Shown here one piece after another: positions 46,020 through 55,245 of a DNA stretch of 64,000 nucleotides. Numbering within the stretch: position 1 is the stretch's first letter; the number at the start of each line of letters is the position of its first letter. A model generated the notes under the pieces. That model searched no databases. It was not told where the DNA came from and saw nothing but the letters and a program-made list of their open reading frames with translations. The position numbers and the translations under genes are program-made. Source of the DNA: Myxococcota bacterium (GTDB taxonomy: Bacteria; Myxococcota_A; UBA9160; UBA4427); assembly GCA_041389445.1 (NCBI GenBank), contig JAWKRW010000005.1, forward strand, positions 242,243 through 306,242. Direction: 5' to 3'.

Positions 46020-47036
46020 TCAGCTGCTCGTCGGTCCCAGGTAGCGGCGGAAGAACCGGACGATCACGTCGTTCGCCTCCCGCGCCTCGGGCAGCATGAA
46101 GTTGTACCAGTGGGCGTGGGGCATCGACTCGAAGACGAAGAGCTCGGCCTCGACGTCGGCGCGGCGCAGCGCGCGATGGAAGAGCGCGGTCGCGGACAGG
46201 AGCGCGTCGCGGCCGCCGGTCAGCAGCAGGCAGGGCGGCCAGCCACGGAGATCGCCGCGAATGGGCGAGACGAGCGGATCGGTCGGGTCGTGGCCCGCGA
46301 GATAGGCGCGCCGCTCGCTCGCGGGATGATCGAGCGGGAGGAGCGGCTCGCCATGGAAGCCCGAGAGGCCGAAGAGCCGGGCGCTCTCGCCGAACTCGGC
46401 GAGGTCGCCGCCCGCGGTGAAGACGCCGATCGCGGCCGGGAGCGCGACCCCTTCCCGGCGGAGTCGGGCGATGAGCTCGGCCGTGAGGAAGCCGCCCGCC
46501 GAGGCCCCGTAGACGCCGATCTGGTCGGGCCGGTGGTGGCTCAGCATCGCGCGATAGACGGCGAGGGCATCGTCGACCGCGGCCGGATACGGATGCTCGG
46601 GCGCGAGGCGATAGTCGACGGCGAGGACCGGGAGCTTCGCGTCGTGGGCGACGGGGATCGCCTCGACCAGGCAGCCCGAGCCGAGCACGAAGCCGCCGCC
46701 GTGGAGATTCATCAGCACACGACCCGCGTTCTCCGGCGCGGTCTCCTTCGGCTTGACGAGATGACAGCGGACCCCGGCGATCGAGAGCGCCTCGACCTCG
46801 ACGGGGTAGACCTGGGCTGCGGCATCGGACAGCTGCTTCATCATGACGTCGGTCGCGTCCCGCATCGCCCACATCGGCGCGTCCGCGGGCGGCGGCGCGG
46901 CGTCGCCCCACGGCGGCGTCGCGAGGAAGGCGCGCGCCTCGATGCTGACCGCGGCGGGCGGCGGCAGCACGCGCGACCCGACGCGGACGGTCCCGTCCCG
47001 CTCGATCCGGATTCCCGTCGCTGCGCTCGTCGCCAT
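46020..47036 (-). CDS. Alpha/beta hydrolase, HSL-type esterase (paralog-like of 40495..41454)
   Basis: ATG 47036 (MATSAATGIRIERDG..). HGGGF motif and nucleophile GASAGG. Confidence 0.9.
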   Translation of the reverse strand: MATSAATGIRIERDGTVRVGSRVLPPPAAVSIEARAFLATPPWGDAAPPPADAPMWAMRDATDVMMKQLSDAAAQVYPVEVEALSIAGVRCHLVKPKETAPENAGRVLMNLHGGGFVLGSGCLVEAIPVAHDAKLPVLAVDYRLAPEHPYPAAVDDALAVYRAMLSHHRPDQIGVYGASAGGFLTAELIARLRREGVALPAAIGVFTAGGDLAEFGESARLFGLSGFHGEPLLPLDHPASERRAYLAGHDPTDPLVSPIRGDLRGWPPCLLLTGGRDALLSATALFHRALRRADVEAELFVFESMPHAHWYNFMLPEAREANDVIVRFFRRYLGPTSS

Positions 47037-47092
47037 CGCTCGCCTCCGTCGCGCTCGTCCCGCCCTGCGCCAGTCGCGAGCGTACGCTGTCC

Positions 47093-47533
47093 TCAGCCCT
47101 TCATCATCTCGTCGTAGCGTCGCTGCATCTCTTCGGGCGAGACCTGCTCGATCTCGTGGCCGATGTTCCATTCATGACCGAAGGGGTCGCGGATCGTGCC
47201 GGAGCGCTCGCCGTAGAACTGGTCGGCGGCGGCGCGGACGACGGTCGCGCCCGCGTTCACGGCTCGGCGGATCAGGGCGTCGGCGTCGTCGACGTGGAGA
47301 TGGAGCGTGAAGGACGTTCCGCCGACCGAATCCGGGCCGTAGATCCCGAACTCGGGGTACTCGTCGGAGAGCATGAGCGTGGTGTTCCCGAGCGTCATCT
47401 CCGCGTGGCCGATGCGACCGCTCGGCTCGGTCAGGCGGAATTTCTCGACCGCGCCGAAGGCCTCGGCATAGAACGCGAGGGCGCGCGCGGCGTCGCGCAG
47501 TCGCAGGTAGGCGAAGACTTCGTGGATGGCCAT
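47093..47533 (-). CDS. VOC/glyoxalase-fold protein (PhnB-like)
   Basis: 146 aa. ..AFYAEAFGAVEKFRL..GRIGHAEMTLGNTTLMLSDE..YGERSGTIRDPFGHEWNI. AAGGAG RBS. Confidence 0.9.
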   Translation of the reverse strand: MAIHEVFAYLRLRDAARALAFYAEAFGAVEKFRLTEPSGRIGHAEMTLGNTTLMLSDEYPEFGIYGPDSVGGTSFTLHLHVDDADALIRRAVNAGATVVRAAADQFYGERSGTIRDPFGHEWNIGHEIEQVSPEEMQRRYDEMMKG

Positions 47534-47545
47534 GTCGCTCCTTTC

Positions 47546-47599
47546 GGTCGCGGTCGCGGTCGCGGTCGCGGTCGCGGTCGAGGTCGCGGTCGAGGTCGT
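47546..47599. repeat. Hexanucleotide microsatellite (GGTCGC)n, 9 units (5 perfect, 4 variant)
   Basis: Counted directly in the sequence. It lies 12 nt upstream (minus-strand sense) of the VOC gene start codon, adjacent to its RBS and downstream of the ndh stop. Confidence 0.9.
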
Positions 47600-47638
47600 A
47601 CCGCCGTTCCGGGCGGGCGGTCGATCGGCTTCGGCGTC

Positions 47639-48970
47639 CTACTCGGCCTTCCCCTCCGGCGCGGGCCTGGATGGGGGCGTGGTCGCCGACGGCGGCGGGG
47701 GAGCGAGGTGGGGCTCCCAGCTCCGGCCGGTGATCAGGCGCGCTCCGCGCGCGAAGGCGAAATACTGCCATGCCCAGCCGATCATGACCGCGATGCGATT
47801 GCGGAACCCGATCAGGTAGGCGATGTGGATCAGCCACCAGACGAGCCAGGCCAGGAAGCCCGTGACCTCGAGTCGTCCGATCCTTCCTACGGCCGCGGCG
47901 CGGCCGATCGTCGCGAGGGAGCCCTTGTCGACGAAGTGGAAGGGCTTCGTCTCGCGGGCGGCGGCACGCGCGAGCACGTTATGCGCCGCGGCCTCGCCGG
48001 CCTGGATCGCGGCCGGGGCGATGCCCGGAACGGGATGGCCCCCCTGCTCGATCGCCATCAGGTCGCCGGCGACGAAGACCTCGGGATGGCCGGGGACCGA
48101 GAGGTCGGGCTCGACGCGAACGCGCCCCGCGCGATCGAGCGGCGCGCCGAGCGAGCGGCCGAGCGGGGAGGCGGCGACGCCGGCGGCCCAGAGCACCGTG
48201 CGCGCCTCGATGCGTTCGTCGCCGAGCGAGACGCCCGTCTCGTCGATCCCGGTGACGTGGGCGCCGGTGCGGACCTCGACGCCGAGGCGCTCGAGCTGCG
48301 CGCGGGCGGCGGCCGAGAGCTTCTCGGAGTAGGGCGGGAGCAGGCGGGGCGCGGCCTCGATCAGGACGACGCGGAGGGTCGTCGGGTCGAAGGAGCGGAA
48401 GTCGCGGGCGACGGTATGTCGGCCGATCTCGAGCAGCGCGCCAGCGAGCTCGATGCCGGTCGGACCGCCGCCGACGATGACGAACGTCAGCATCGCCGGA
48501 AGCCGGCTCGGATCCGGCTCGCGCTCGGCCGCCTCGAAGGCCGAGAGGACGCGTCGTCGGATCTCGAGCGCGTCCTCGATGGTCTTGAGCCCCGGTGCCC
48601 AGGTCTCCCAGTCGTCGTGGCCGAAGTAGCTCTGGCCCGCGCCGGGCGCGAGGATGAGATAGTCGTAGGCGACCTCGCCATCGGCGAGCACGAGGGTCCG
48701 CCGCGCGGCGTCGACGCGCTCGGCGCGGGCGAGGATCGTGCGGGCGTTGCGCTGTCGGCGCAGTACGGAGCGGATCGGATAGGCGATGTCGCCCGGGTTC
48801 AGCGCGGCGGTCGCGACCTGGTAGAGGAGGGGCTGGAAGAGGTGGTGGTTGCGGCGATCGACGAGGGTGATGCGGACCGGGGCATCCGCGAGCGCGCGCG
48901 CGGCGGAGAGCCCGGCGAAGCCGCCTCCGACGATCACGACGTGAGGCAGCGCGAGAGGGAGCGCGGTCAT
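47639..48970 (-). CDS. ndh: Type II NADH dehydrogenase (NDH-2) / FAD-dependent pyridine nucleotide-disulfide oxidoreductase
   Basis: VVIVGGGFAGLSAARAL, RRNHHLFQPLLYQVA and a second dinucleotide-binding motif FVIVGGGPTGIELAG. Confidence 0.9.
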   Translation of the reverse strand: MTALPLALPHVVIVGGGFAGLSAARALADAPVRITLVDRRNHHLFQPLLYQVATAALNPGDIAYPIRSVLRRQRNARTILARAERVDAARRTLVLADGEVAYDYLILAPGAGQSYFGHDDWETWAPGLKTIEDALEIRRRVLSAFEAAEREPDPSRLPAMLTFVIVGGGPTGIELAGALLEIGRHTVARDFRSFDPTTLRVVLIEAAPRLLPPYSEKLSAAARAQLERLGVEVRTGAHVTGIDETGVSLGDERIEARTVLWAAGVAASPLGRSLGAPLDRAGRVRVEPDLSVPGHPEVFVAGDLMAIEQGGHPVPGIAPAAIQAGEAAAHNVLARAAARETKPFHFVDKGSLATIGRAAAVGRIGRLEVTGFLAWLVWWLIHIAYLIGFRNRIAVMIGWAWQYFAFARGARLITGRSWEPHLAPPPPSATTPPSRPAPEGKAE

Positions 48971-49074
48971 GGCACCTCGGGGCGGGCGCGGGGGGCGGAC
49001 GCGGCGAACGAACCTCAGAGGCCGATCGCCGGCGCGCGGTTCGAATCACGACGCTCGTCGGACGCCACCTCCGT

Positions 49075-49539
49075 CTACGCGTCGTCGCTGCGGCCGAAGG
49101 TCGGATAGCGGCCCGTGCAGGGATAGGTCATGAACTCGACGAGGTTGCCGTCGGGATCGCGCGTGTAGACGCTCGTCCCCATGCGCCGGCCCTTGCTCGC
49201 GCCGCCGGGTTGATCGAAGGGACCGTAGGCGATCTTCGCCCCGGCCTTCTCGATCAGCTCGACCGCCTCTTCGATCGTTCCCTCGAAGACGAAGGCGAAG
49301 TCGCCGCAGCCGGGCAACGCCGTCGGACCGCGCCCGTCGAAGGCCGGATCCTGCCAGAAGGCGGGGCCGTGGAAGTTGAGCTTCGCGTTCGGACCGATCG
49401 CGATGGCGAAGATGGGATGCGTGCCGGCACGGAACTCCGCCTCGTGGATCGTCTCGAAGCCGAGGCGCTTGTAGAACTCCATCAGCGCGTCGGGGTCGCG
49501 CGCGGGAAAGGAGACATGGTCCCAACCGACGACGGGCAT
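49075..49539 (-). CDS. VOC/glyoxalase-fold protein
   Basis: ATG 49539 is preceded by GGAG. GWDHVSFPARDPDALMEFYKRLGFE ... YTRDPDGNLVEF. Confidence 0.8.
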   Translation of the reverse strand: MPVVGWDHVSFPARDPDALMEFYKRLGFETIHEAEFRAGTHPIFAIAIGPNAKLNFHGPAFWQDPAFDGRGPTALPGCGDFAFVFEGTIEEAVELIEKAGAKIAYGPFDQPGGASKGRRMGTSVYTRDPDGNLVEFMTYPCTGRYPTFGRSDDA

Positions 49540-49750
49540 GGCAGCACTCCATTCGGGGGCTCGCGGGGCGCGAGCAGACGGGGCGGGCCGGCCGACGACC
49601 GGTCGATTCCGGCGCGGTCGGACCGCGCGGGGGAGCGGTCGCTCGGACTGCGTCCTTTTATGCCAGAATCGATCGGGTCCCGCGAGGCCCGTCTCATCGT
49701 CGACCCTTGCGCCGCGGAGACCGACCTCGGCAGGGACCAGGAGGAACGCG

Positions 49751-50248
49751 ATGAAGCTGGTCGTCACGGGCCATGACGCGAAGGGCGATTCGATCTTCAG
49801 CTACGCGGGGGCGCCGCCGCGGGTGGCGAGCCCGGGCGCCTTCGACCTCTGGTCGACGCGCGGACCGATCGTGATGCCGGACCCGACCGAGGCGAAGTCG
49901 CCCGCCGCGATCGGCTACTTCCCCAAGGAGGGCGAGAGCGCCTGGAAGATCGTCAGCGTGCCGGGACTCGCCGCGCGCGCGCAGAGGGGAACCGGCGCGA
50001 TGACGATTCCGGACGAGCTCCGTGCCCACTTCGACGCGGACGATCCGGAAATGCACACGACGGACACGATCGACTACGTCCTGATCCTCTCGGGCGCGGC
50101 CGATCTCGAGCTCGATCACGGGCGCAAGGAGTCCGTGAAGGCCGGCGACTGCATCGTGCAGCGCGGCACGCGGCACGCATGGCGCGTCACGAGTCAGGAG
50201 CCGCTCGTCATGGCGGCCGTCCTGATCGGGGCTCGGCGCGTCGGCTGA
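49751..50248 (+). CDS. Cupin domain protein
   Basis: ATG 49751 is preceded by GGAGGA. Cupin-like DYVLILSGAADLELDHGRKESVKAGDCIVQRGTRHAW. Confidence 0.75.
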   Translation: MKLVVTGHDAKGDSIFSYAGAPPRVASPGAFDLWSTRGPIVMPDPTEAKSPAAIGYFPKEGESAWKIVSVPGLAARAQRGTGAMTIPDELRAHFDADDPEMHTTDTIDYVLILSGAADLELDHGRKESVKAGDCIVQRGTRHAWRVTSQEPLVMAAVLIGARRVG

Positions 50249-50343
50249 CGCGCCGATGGCGGGCGCGAGGCGTCGCCGCCCGCGCGGATCCAGCACTCGA
50301 CCGGGCCGTTCCGGACCGGTCGACCGACGAGACACGAGGAGGC

Positions 50344-52104
50344 ATGGCCATGGACGACATCCTGATCACCGGCGGAACCATCGTCGACGGTACGGGCGCC
50401 CCGGCGCGCCGCGCGGACGTCGCCGTCCGCGATGGGCGCATCGTCGCGGTCGGCGACGTCTCGGGACCGGCTCGCGAGACGATCGACGCGACGGGCCGCA
50501 TCGTCGCGCCCGGATTCGTCGACGTGCATACCCACTACGATGCCCAGGTCTTCTGGGACCCGACGCTCTCGCCCTCGCTCTACCACGGCGTGACCACGAT
50601 CGTCGGCGGCAACTGCGGCTTCTCGATCGCGCCGCTCACCCCCGACGCAGGCGAGTACCTGATGCGCATGCTCGCGCGAGTCGAGGGCATGCCGCTCGAG
50701 AGCCTGCGCACGGGCGTCCCCTGGAGCTGGACGAGCTTCGCCGACTATCTCGCGCTGCTCGAGGGCCGCCTCGCCGTCAACGCGGGCTTCATGGTCGGCC
50801 ACTCCGCGATCCGTCGTGTCGTGATGGGCGAGCGCGCGGTCGGCCATGCGGCGACGGCGGAAGAGCTCGAGGCGATGAAGGCGCTCCTGCGTCGCTCGCT
50901 CGAGGAGGGCGGGCTCGGCTTCTCGTCGACGCGCTCCGCGGCCCACAACGACGCCGACGGCCAGCCCGTGCCCTCCCGGCATGCGACGCTCGAGGAGCTC
51001 TACGCGCTCTGCCGGGTCGCCGGCGAGTTGCCGGGGACCTCCCTCGAGATGCTGCCCGGGACGAGCACCTTCAGCCCCGAGGACAAGGAGATCCTGACGC
51101 GCATGTCGCTCGAGGCCCGGCGCGCCCTCAACTGGAACCTGGTCGCGCCGCGCTCGGACATGCCCGAGGTCGCGCTGAATCAGCTCGACGCCTCCGACTA
51201 CGCCGCCGCGCGCGGAGCGGTCGTGCTCGCGTTGACCGTGCCGCAGGAGATCCAGGGACGCGTCAACCTCCATTCGGGCTTCGCCTTCGATGCGTTGCCG
51301 CGCTGGGCGAAGGTCATGCAGCTGCCGATCCCCGAGCGCATGAAGGCGCTCGCGGACCCCGCCGTGCGCGCGGCGCTGCGCCGCGGCGCGGAGGAGCAGG
51401 GACCGGGACCGCTCAAGGCGCTGACGCGCTGGGCGCAGATTCGCATCGAGGAGACCTTCGAGCCGCCGAACGCGTCCCTGCGCGGGCGGACGCTGGGCGA
51501 GATCGCGCGCGAGCGCGGGGCGGACGCCTTCGACGTCCTGCTCGACGTCGCGCTCTCGGAGGGGCTGCGGACGTCCTTCGCGTCGCCGACGGAGGGGCAG
51601 ACCGACGCCGAGAGCTGGCGGCTGCGCGGCGAGTCGTGGACGGACCCGCGGACCATCGTCGGCGCGTCGGATGCGGGCGCCCACCTCGACATGCTCGACA
51701 CGTTCGCGTTCACGACGCAGCTGCTCGGCCGCGGCGTGCGCGAGATGGGGCTCGTCACGCTCGAGGAGGGCGTGCGGCAGCTGACCGGGATTCCGGCGCG
51801 CCTGTACGGACTGCGGGAGCGGGGTCGCCTCGAGACGGGCTGGATCGCGGACCTCGTCGTGTTCGACGCGGAGCGGATCGGGAAGGGGCCGACGTACACG
51901 CGGTCGGACCTGCCGGCCGGCGCGCCGCGGCTCTACGCCGACGCGATCGGCGTCGATCACGTGATCGTGAACGGGAAGACCGTCGTGCGCGACGGGGTCG
52001 AGACCGGGGCGCGGCCGGGGACGATCCTGCGCTCGGGGCGCGATACGCAGACGGTGCCGCTCGAGGCCTGGCTGCGCGACATCGAGGCGCGGCCGCGGGC
52101 CTGA
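50344..52104 (+). CDS. N-acyl-D-amino-acid deacylase (D-aminoacylase) family amidohydrolase
   Basis: ATG 50344 is preceded by GAGGAGG. ILITGGTIVDGTG..DVAVRDGRIVAVGD..ATGRIVAPGFVDVHTHYD. C-terminal ..GWIADLVVFD... Confidence 0.9.
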   Translation: MAMDDILITGGTIVDGTGAPARRADVAVRDGRIVAVGDVSGPARETIDATGRIVAPGFVDVHTHYDAQVFWDPTLSPSLYHGVTTIVGGNCGFSIAPLTPDAGEYLMRMLARVEGMPLESLRTGVPWSWTSFADYLALLEGRLAVNAGFMVGHSAIRRVVMGERAVGHAATAEELEAMKALLRRSLEEGGLGFSSTRSAAHNDADGQPVPSRHATLEELYALCRVAGELPGTSLEMLPGTSTFSPEDKEILTRMSLEARRALNWNLVAPRSDMPEVALNQLDASDYAAARGAVVLALTVPQEIQGRVNLHSGFAFDALPRWAKVMQLPIPERMKALADPAVRAALRRGAEEQGPGPLKALTRWAQIRIEETFEPPNASLRGRTLGEIARERGADAFDVLLDVALSEGLRTSFASPTEGQTDAESWRLRGESWTDPRTIVGASDAGAHLDMLDTFAFTTQLLGRGVREMGLVTLEEGVRQLTGIPARLYGLRERGRLETGWIADLVVFDAERIGKGPTYTRSDLPAGAPRLYADAIGVDHVIVNGKTVVRDGVETGARPGTILRSGRDTQTVPLEAWLRDIEARPRA

Positions 52105-52131
52105 GCCGTCACCTCGCGCTGATCGGTCTGC

Positions 52132-53247
52132 CTAACGCCTCTGCAGCTCGGCGAGCGGCACGATGCGGGCCTTCGTGTCCGGGATCCACTCCGCCCCGAC
52201 CCAGCGCAGCGCGAGCCCGCCGCGGGCGTGGCCCGCGGTGTCGAGCCAGTTGGGGACGCCGGGATCGCGGCGGGCGACGACGACGCGGACGCGGCCCCGC
52301 TCGTCGGCGACGGCGGTCGCTGCGTTGACGTGGGTCTCGAAGCGCATGAAGTCGAACGACTCGAGCCAGTGGTTTCCGATCTGGAGGTTCCAGTACTCGC
52401 AGGGCGGGGGCTCGAGGTCGACGACGAAGGCCTCGTCCTCGCCGATTTCCCAATAGCCGTAGAAGTAGCGGGTCTTCGGGTCGCCCTGGGCCGCCGCGGA
52501 GAGGGCCGGGTCGATCTCGCGGATCGCGTGGCGATGGGCCTGGAACGACTGGGTCCAGGCCAGGAACTGGCGCACCGTCCCCTCGAGCGTCCGGCCGACG
52601 CGGTCGAGGCCGGCCGTGAAGGCGGCGGGGTCGAGGGGCGGCGGCTTCTCGAGCGGGCCCTCGTGGACGAGCTCGAGCTCGGGCAGGCGGTCGGTCGCGC
52701 GGCGGAGCAGCGTGATGCGGGCGTTGAAGTTGTTCGTCGCGGGTCCGGTCCGCAGCCCGCGCCCCTGCGCGACGTCCGGGCCGATCGGGATCTCGAAGCG
52801 GGCCTCCGGCCCGGCGGTCGTCGCGGCGTCACGGAGCCAGTCGACGCTGTCGACGTAGTCGTCGCAGACGAGCCCCGTCGGCGTTCCGAGTCCGCCCGAG
52901 TAGACCCCGAAGCCGATCCGCGCGGCATCGCCCATGCAGCCGCGCAGGACGTAGCGCACGCCCGGCTCGATCTTCGCCCCGAAGTAGGCGTAGTCCGGGT
53001 TGTCGAGGCCGATCTTGAGCCAGTCGCCGGGAACGAAGGGGAGTCGCGGAGGCTGGGCGTCGGCGACGAGGTCCTTCAGGAAGCCGCGCGCGAGGCGCGC
53101 GACATAACGCAGGCCTTCGGCCCGATCGAAGGCATCGTCGGGAGCGGCGGCGAGGGCCGCGTGGCCGGTCGCCTTCAACCGATCGCAGAAGGCGTCCCAG
53201 ATCGCCGTCTCGTCGAGACCGTGGATCGATTGCGGCTCCTTCGGCAT
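52132..53247 (-). CDS. DUF1214-like protein (tentative family call), paralog of 57615..59027
   Basis: ATG 53247. It shares EGLRYVARL, NPDYAYF, YVLRGCMGDA, DPGVPNWLDTAGH and LRWV blocks with the 57615 gene. Confidence 0.75.
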   Translation of the reverse strand: MPKEPQSIHGLDETAIWDAFCDRLKATGHAALAAAPDDAFDRAEGLRYVARLARGFLKDLVADAQPPRLPFVPGDWLKIGLDNPDYAYFGAKIEPGVRYVLRGCMGDAARIGFGVYSGGLGTPTGLVCDDYVDSVDWLRDAATTAGPEARFEIPIGPDVAQGRGLRTGPATNNFNARITLLRRATDRLPELELVHEGPLEKPPPLDPAAFTAGLDRVGRTLEGTVRQFLAWTQSFQAHRHAIREIDPALSAAAQGDPKTRYFYGYWEIGEDEAFVVDLEPPPCEYWNLQIGNHWLESFDFMRFETHVNAATAVADERGRVRVVVARRDPGVPNWLDTAGHARGGLALRWVGAEWIPDTKARIVPLAELQRR

Positions 53248-53260
53248 CGCTCGTCCCCTC

Positions 53261-53335
53261 GTCGTCGCTCTCGCTCTCGCTCTCGCTCGCGTTCGCGTTC
53301 CCGCCCGCGTTCCGGTCCTCGTTCTCCGCTCCGAC
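53261..53335. repeat. Degenerate 6-bp periodic tract, (GCTCTC)x3 then GCTCGC/GTTCGC/GTTCCC variants
   Basis: Read directly in the sequence. On the minus strand it lies just upstream of ATG 53247. Confidence 0.6.
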
Positions 53336-53525
53336 GCCGCGCTTCGGCCCCGTCCCGATTCCGGCGTCGCCCTGGCTCGAGCTCGGGCCTCATGCCATTC
53401 TGGCCGACGGGTCGCGCTTGGCAAGCGCGTCGACGATCGGTCGCGCGCGATGGCGGGAGCCCGGAATCCGGGAAGACGCCGTCGCCTGGCGAGCCCGCGC
53501 ACCCCACGAGATCGGAGACGAGGCC

Positions 53526-54155
53526 ATGGATGCCGAGCTGGCCGGGCGGGTCGATCCCGCGCATACGACGATCCTCTCGATGGAGATGCAGCGCGGCGTC
53601 GTCGGCGACCTGTCGCGCTATCCCGCGCCCGTCGAGGCGGTCAAGGCGGCCGGGCTGATCGAGCGTTGCGCCTCGCTCTACGCGGCCGCCCGGCAGGCCG
53701 GCATGCGCGTGATCCACTGCTCCGCGGGGTTCCGCTCCGATCGCGCCGGCAGCTACCGCAACATGCCCTTCGTCAACACGCTGCTCGAGAATCCGGACCA
53801 CCTCCGCATCGACACACCGGCGGTGGATCCGATGCCGGAGCTCGTCGGCGAGGGCGACCTCGTCTCGCTCCGCCTCCACGGCATCTCCCCCTTCGCGGGC
53901 ACCGACCTCGACTCGATCCTGCGCAGCCTCGGCACGCGCACGGTCGTGGCGGCCGGCGTCTCGCTCAACCGCGGCATCATCGGGATCTCGATCGAAGCGG
54001 TGAACCACGGCTATGAGGTCGTCGTGCCGCGGGATGCGGTGATCGGGTATCCGCGGGCATACGGAGAGGACGTGCTGCGGTACACGCTGGACGGGCTGGT
54101 CACGCTCTCGGGCGTCGACGAGCTGGCGGGGATGTGGGCGGCGCGCCGCGGGTGA
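53526..54155 (+). CDS. Isochorismatase-family cysteine hydrolase
   Basis: ATG 53526. ..TTILSMEMQRG.., ..SPFAGTDLDSILRSLGTRTVVAAGVSLNRGI.. and ..AVNHGYEVVVPRDA... Confidence 0.85.
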   Translation: MDAELAGRVDPAHTTILSMEMQRGVVGDLSRYPAPVEAVKAAGLIERCASLYAAARQAGMRVIHCSAGFRSDRAGSYRNMPFVNTLLENPDHLRIDTPAVDPMPELVGEGDLVSLRLHGISPFAGTDLDSILRSLGTRTVVAAGVSLNRGIIGISIEAVNHGYEVVVPRDAVIGYPRAYGEDVLRYTLDGLVTLSGVDELAGMWAARRG

Positions 54156-54240
54156 CCAGGGCCGTCGTGCGCTCGGCCCTCGCGAGACGACACCGGCGAA
54201 GGCGGGCGCCGCGCGCTTCGATCGCCGGATCGAATCGGCC

Positions 54241-55245
54241 CTAACGATACCCTTCGACTACGGGCCGCCGCGGCAAGACCCACCACGCCTCCTCGAAGCG
54301 TCGCGCCAGCTCGCCGTCGAGCGCGAGCTCCGTCGCGGCGAGGGACGCGTCGAGCTGCTCGGGTCGGCTCGCGCCGATGATGGCCGAGCTGATGCCGGCC
54401 CGGCCGAGCACCCAGGCGATCGCAGCCGTGACGAGCGAGACGCCCCGCTCGCGGCACGCCCTCGCGAGGCCCTCGACGACCTCGAACTGCGCGTCCTGCC
54501 AGTAGCGGTCGCGGTAGATGTCGGCCGCGAAGCCGAGCGTGAAGCGCGTGCCCCTCTCGGGCTCGCCGGGTCGATGCTTGCCGGAGAGGAAGCCGCCGGC
54601 GAGCGGGTTGTAGACGAGCACGCCGAGTCCCCGGTCCCGACAGAGCGGCAGCAGCTCGGCCTCGATCTCGCGGTAGAGCAGGTTGTAGCGCGGCTGAACC
54701 GAGACGTAGCCCTCGATCCCCAGCCGCTCCGCCGCGCCGAGCGCTTCGCCGAGCCGCCAGGCGGAGTAGTTCGAGCAGCCGACGTAGCGGACCTTGCCCG
54801 TGCGGACGAGATCGTCGAAGGCGCGCAGCGTCTCCTCGATCGGGGTGCCCACGTCGAAGAAATGGCTCTGGTAGAGGTCGATCCAGTCGGTGCGCAGGCG
54901 TCGCAGGCTCTGCTCGACCGAGGTGACGATGTGGCGGCGGGAGAGGCCGTAGTGGTTCGCGCCGGGCGCGGTGGGCGCGGCGCATTTCGTCGCGAGCAGG
55001 ACGCGGTCGCGGCAGCCGCGCACCGCCATCCACTCGCCGAGGATCGCCTCCGTTCGACCCATCGTGTCGAAGAGGCCGCCGAGGGGATAGGCATCGGCCG
55101 TGTCGAGGAAGTCGAGGCCGGCGTCGAAGGCGGCGTCGAGGATCGCGAAGGAGGTCTCGCGGTCGCATTGCAGGCCGAAGGTCATGGTGCCGAGGCAGAG
55201 CTCGGGGACGGTGAGGCCGCTTCGGCCGAGCTTTCGGGTCTTCAC
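54241..55245 (-). CDS. Aldo/keto reductase
   Basis: GTG 55245 is preceded by GAGGAG and overlaps the upstream stop as GTGA. KTRKLGRSGLTVPELCLGTMTFG..LDTADAYP... Confidence 0.9.
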   Translation of the reverse strand: MKTRKLGRSGLTVPELCLGTMTFGLQCDRETSFAILDAAFDAGLDFLDTADAYPLGGLFDTMGRTEAILGEWMAVRGCRDRVLLATKCAAPTAPGANHYGLSRRHIVTSVEQSLRRLRTDWIDLYQSHFFDVGTPIEETLRAFDDLVRTGKVRYVGCSNYSAWRLGEALGAAERLGIEGYVSVQPRYNLLYREIEAELLPLCRDRGLGVLVYNPLAGGFLSGKHRPGEPERGTRFTLGFAADIYRDRYWQDAQFEVVEGLARACRERGVSLVTAAIAWVLGRAGISSAIIGASRPEQLDASLAATELALDGELARRFEEAWWVLPRRPVVEGYR

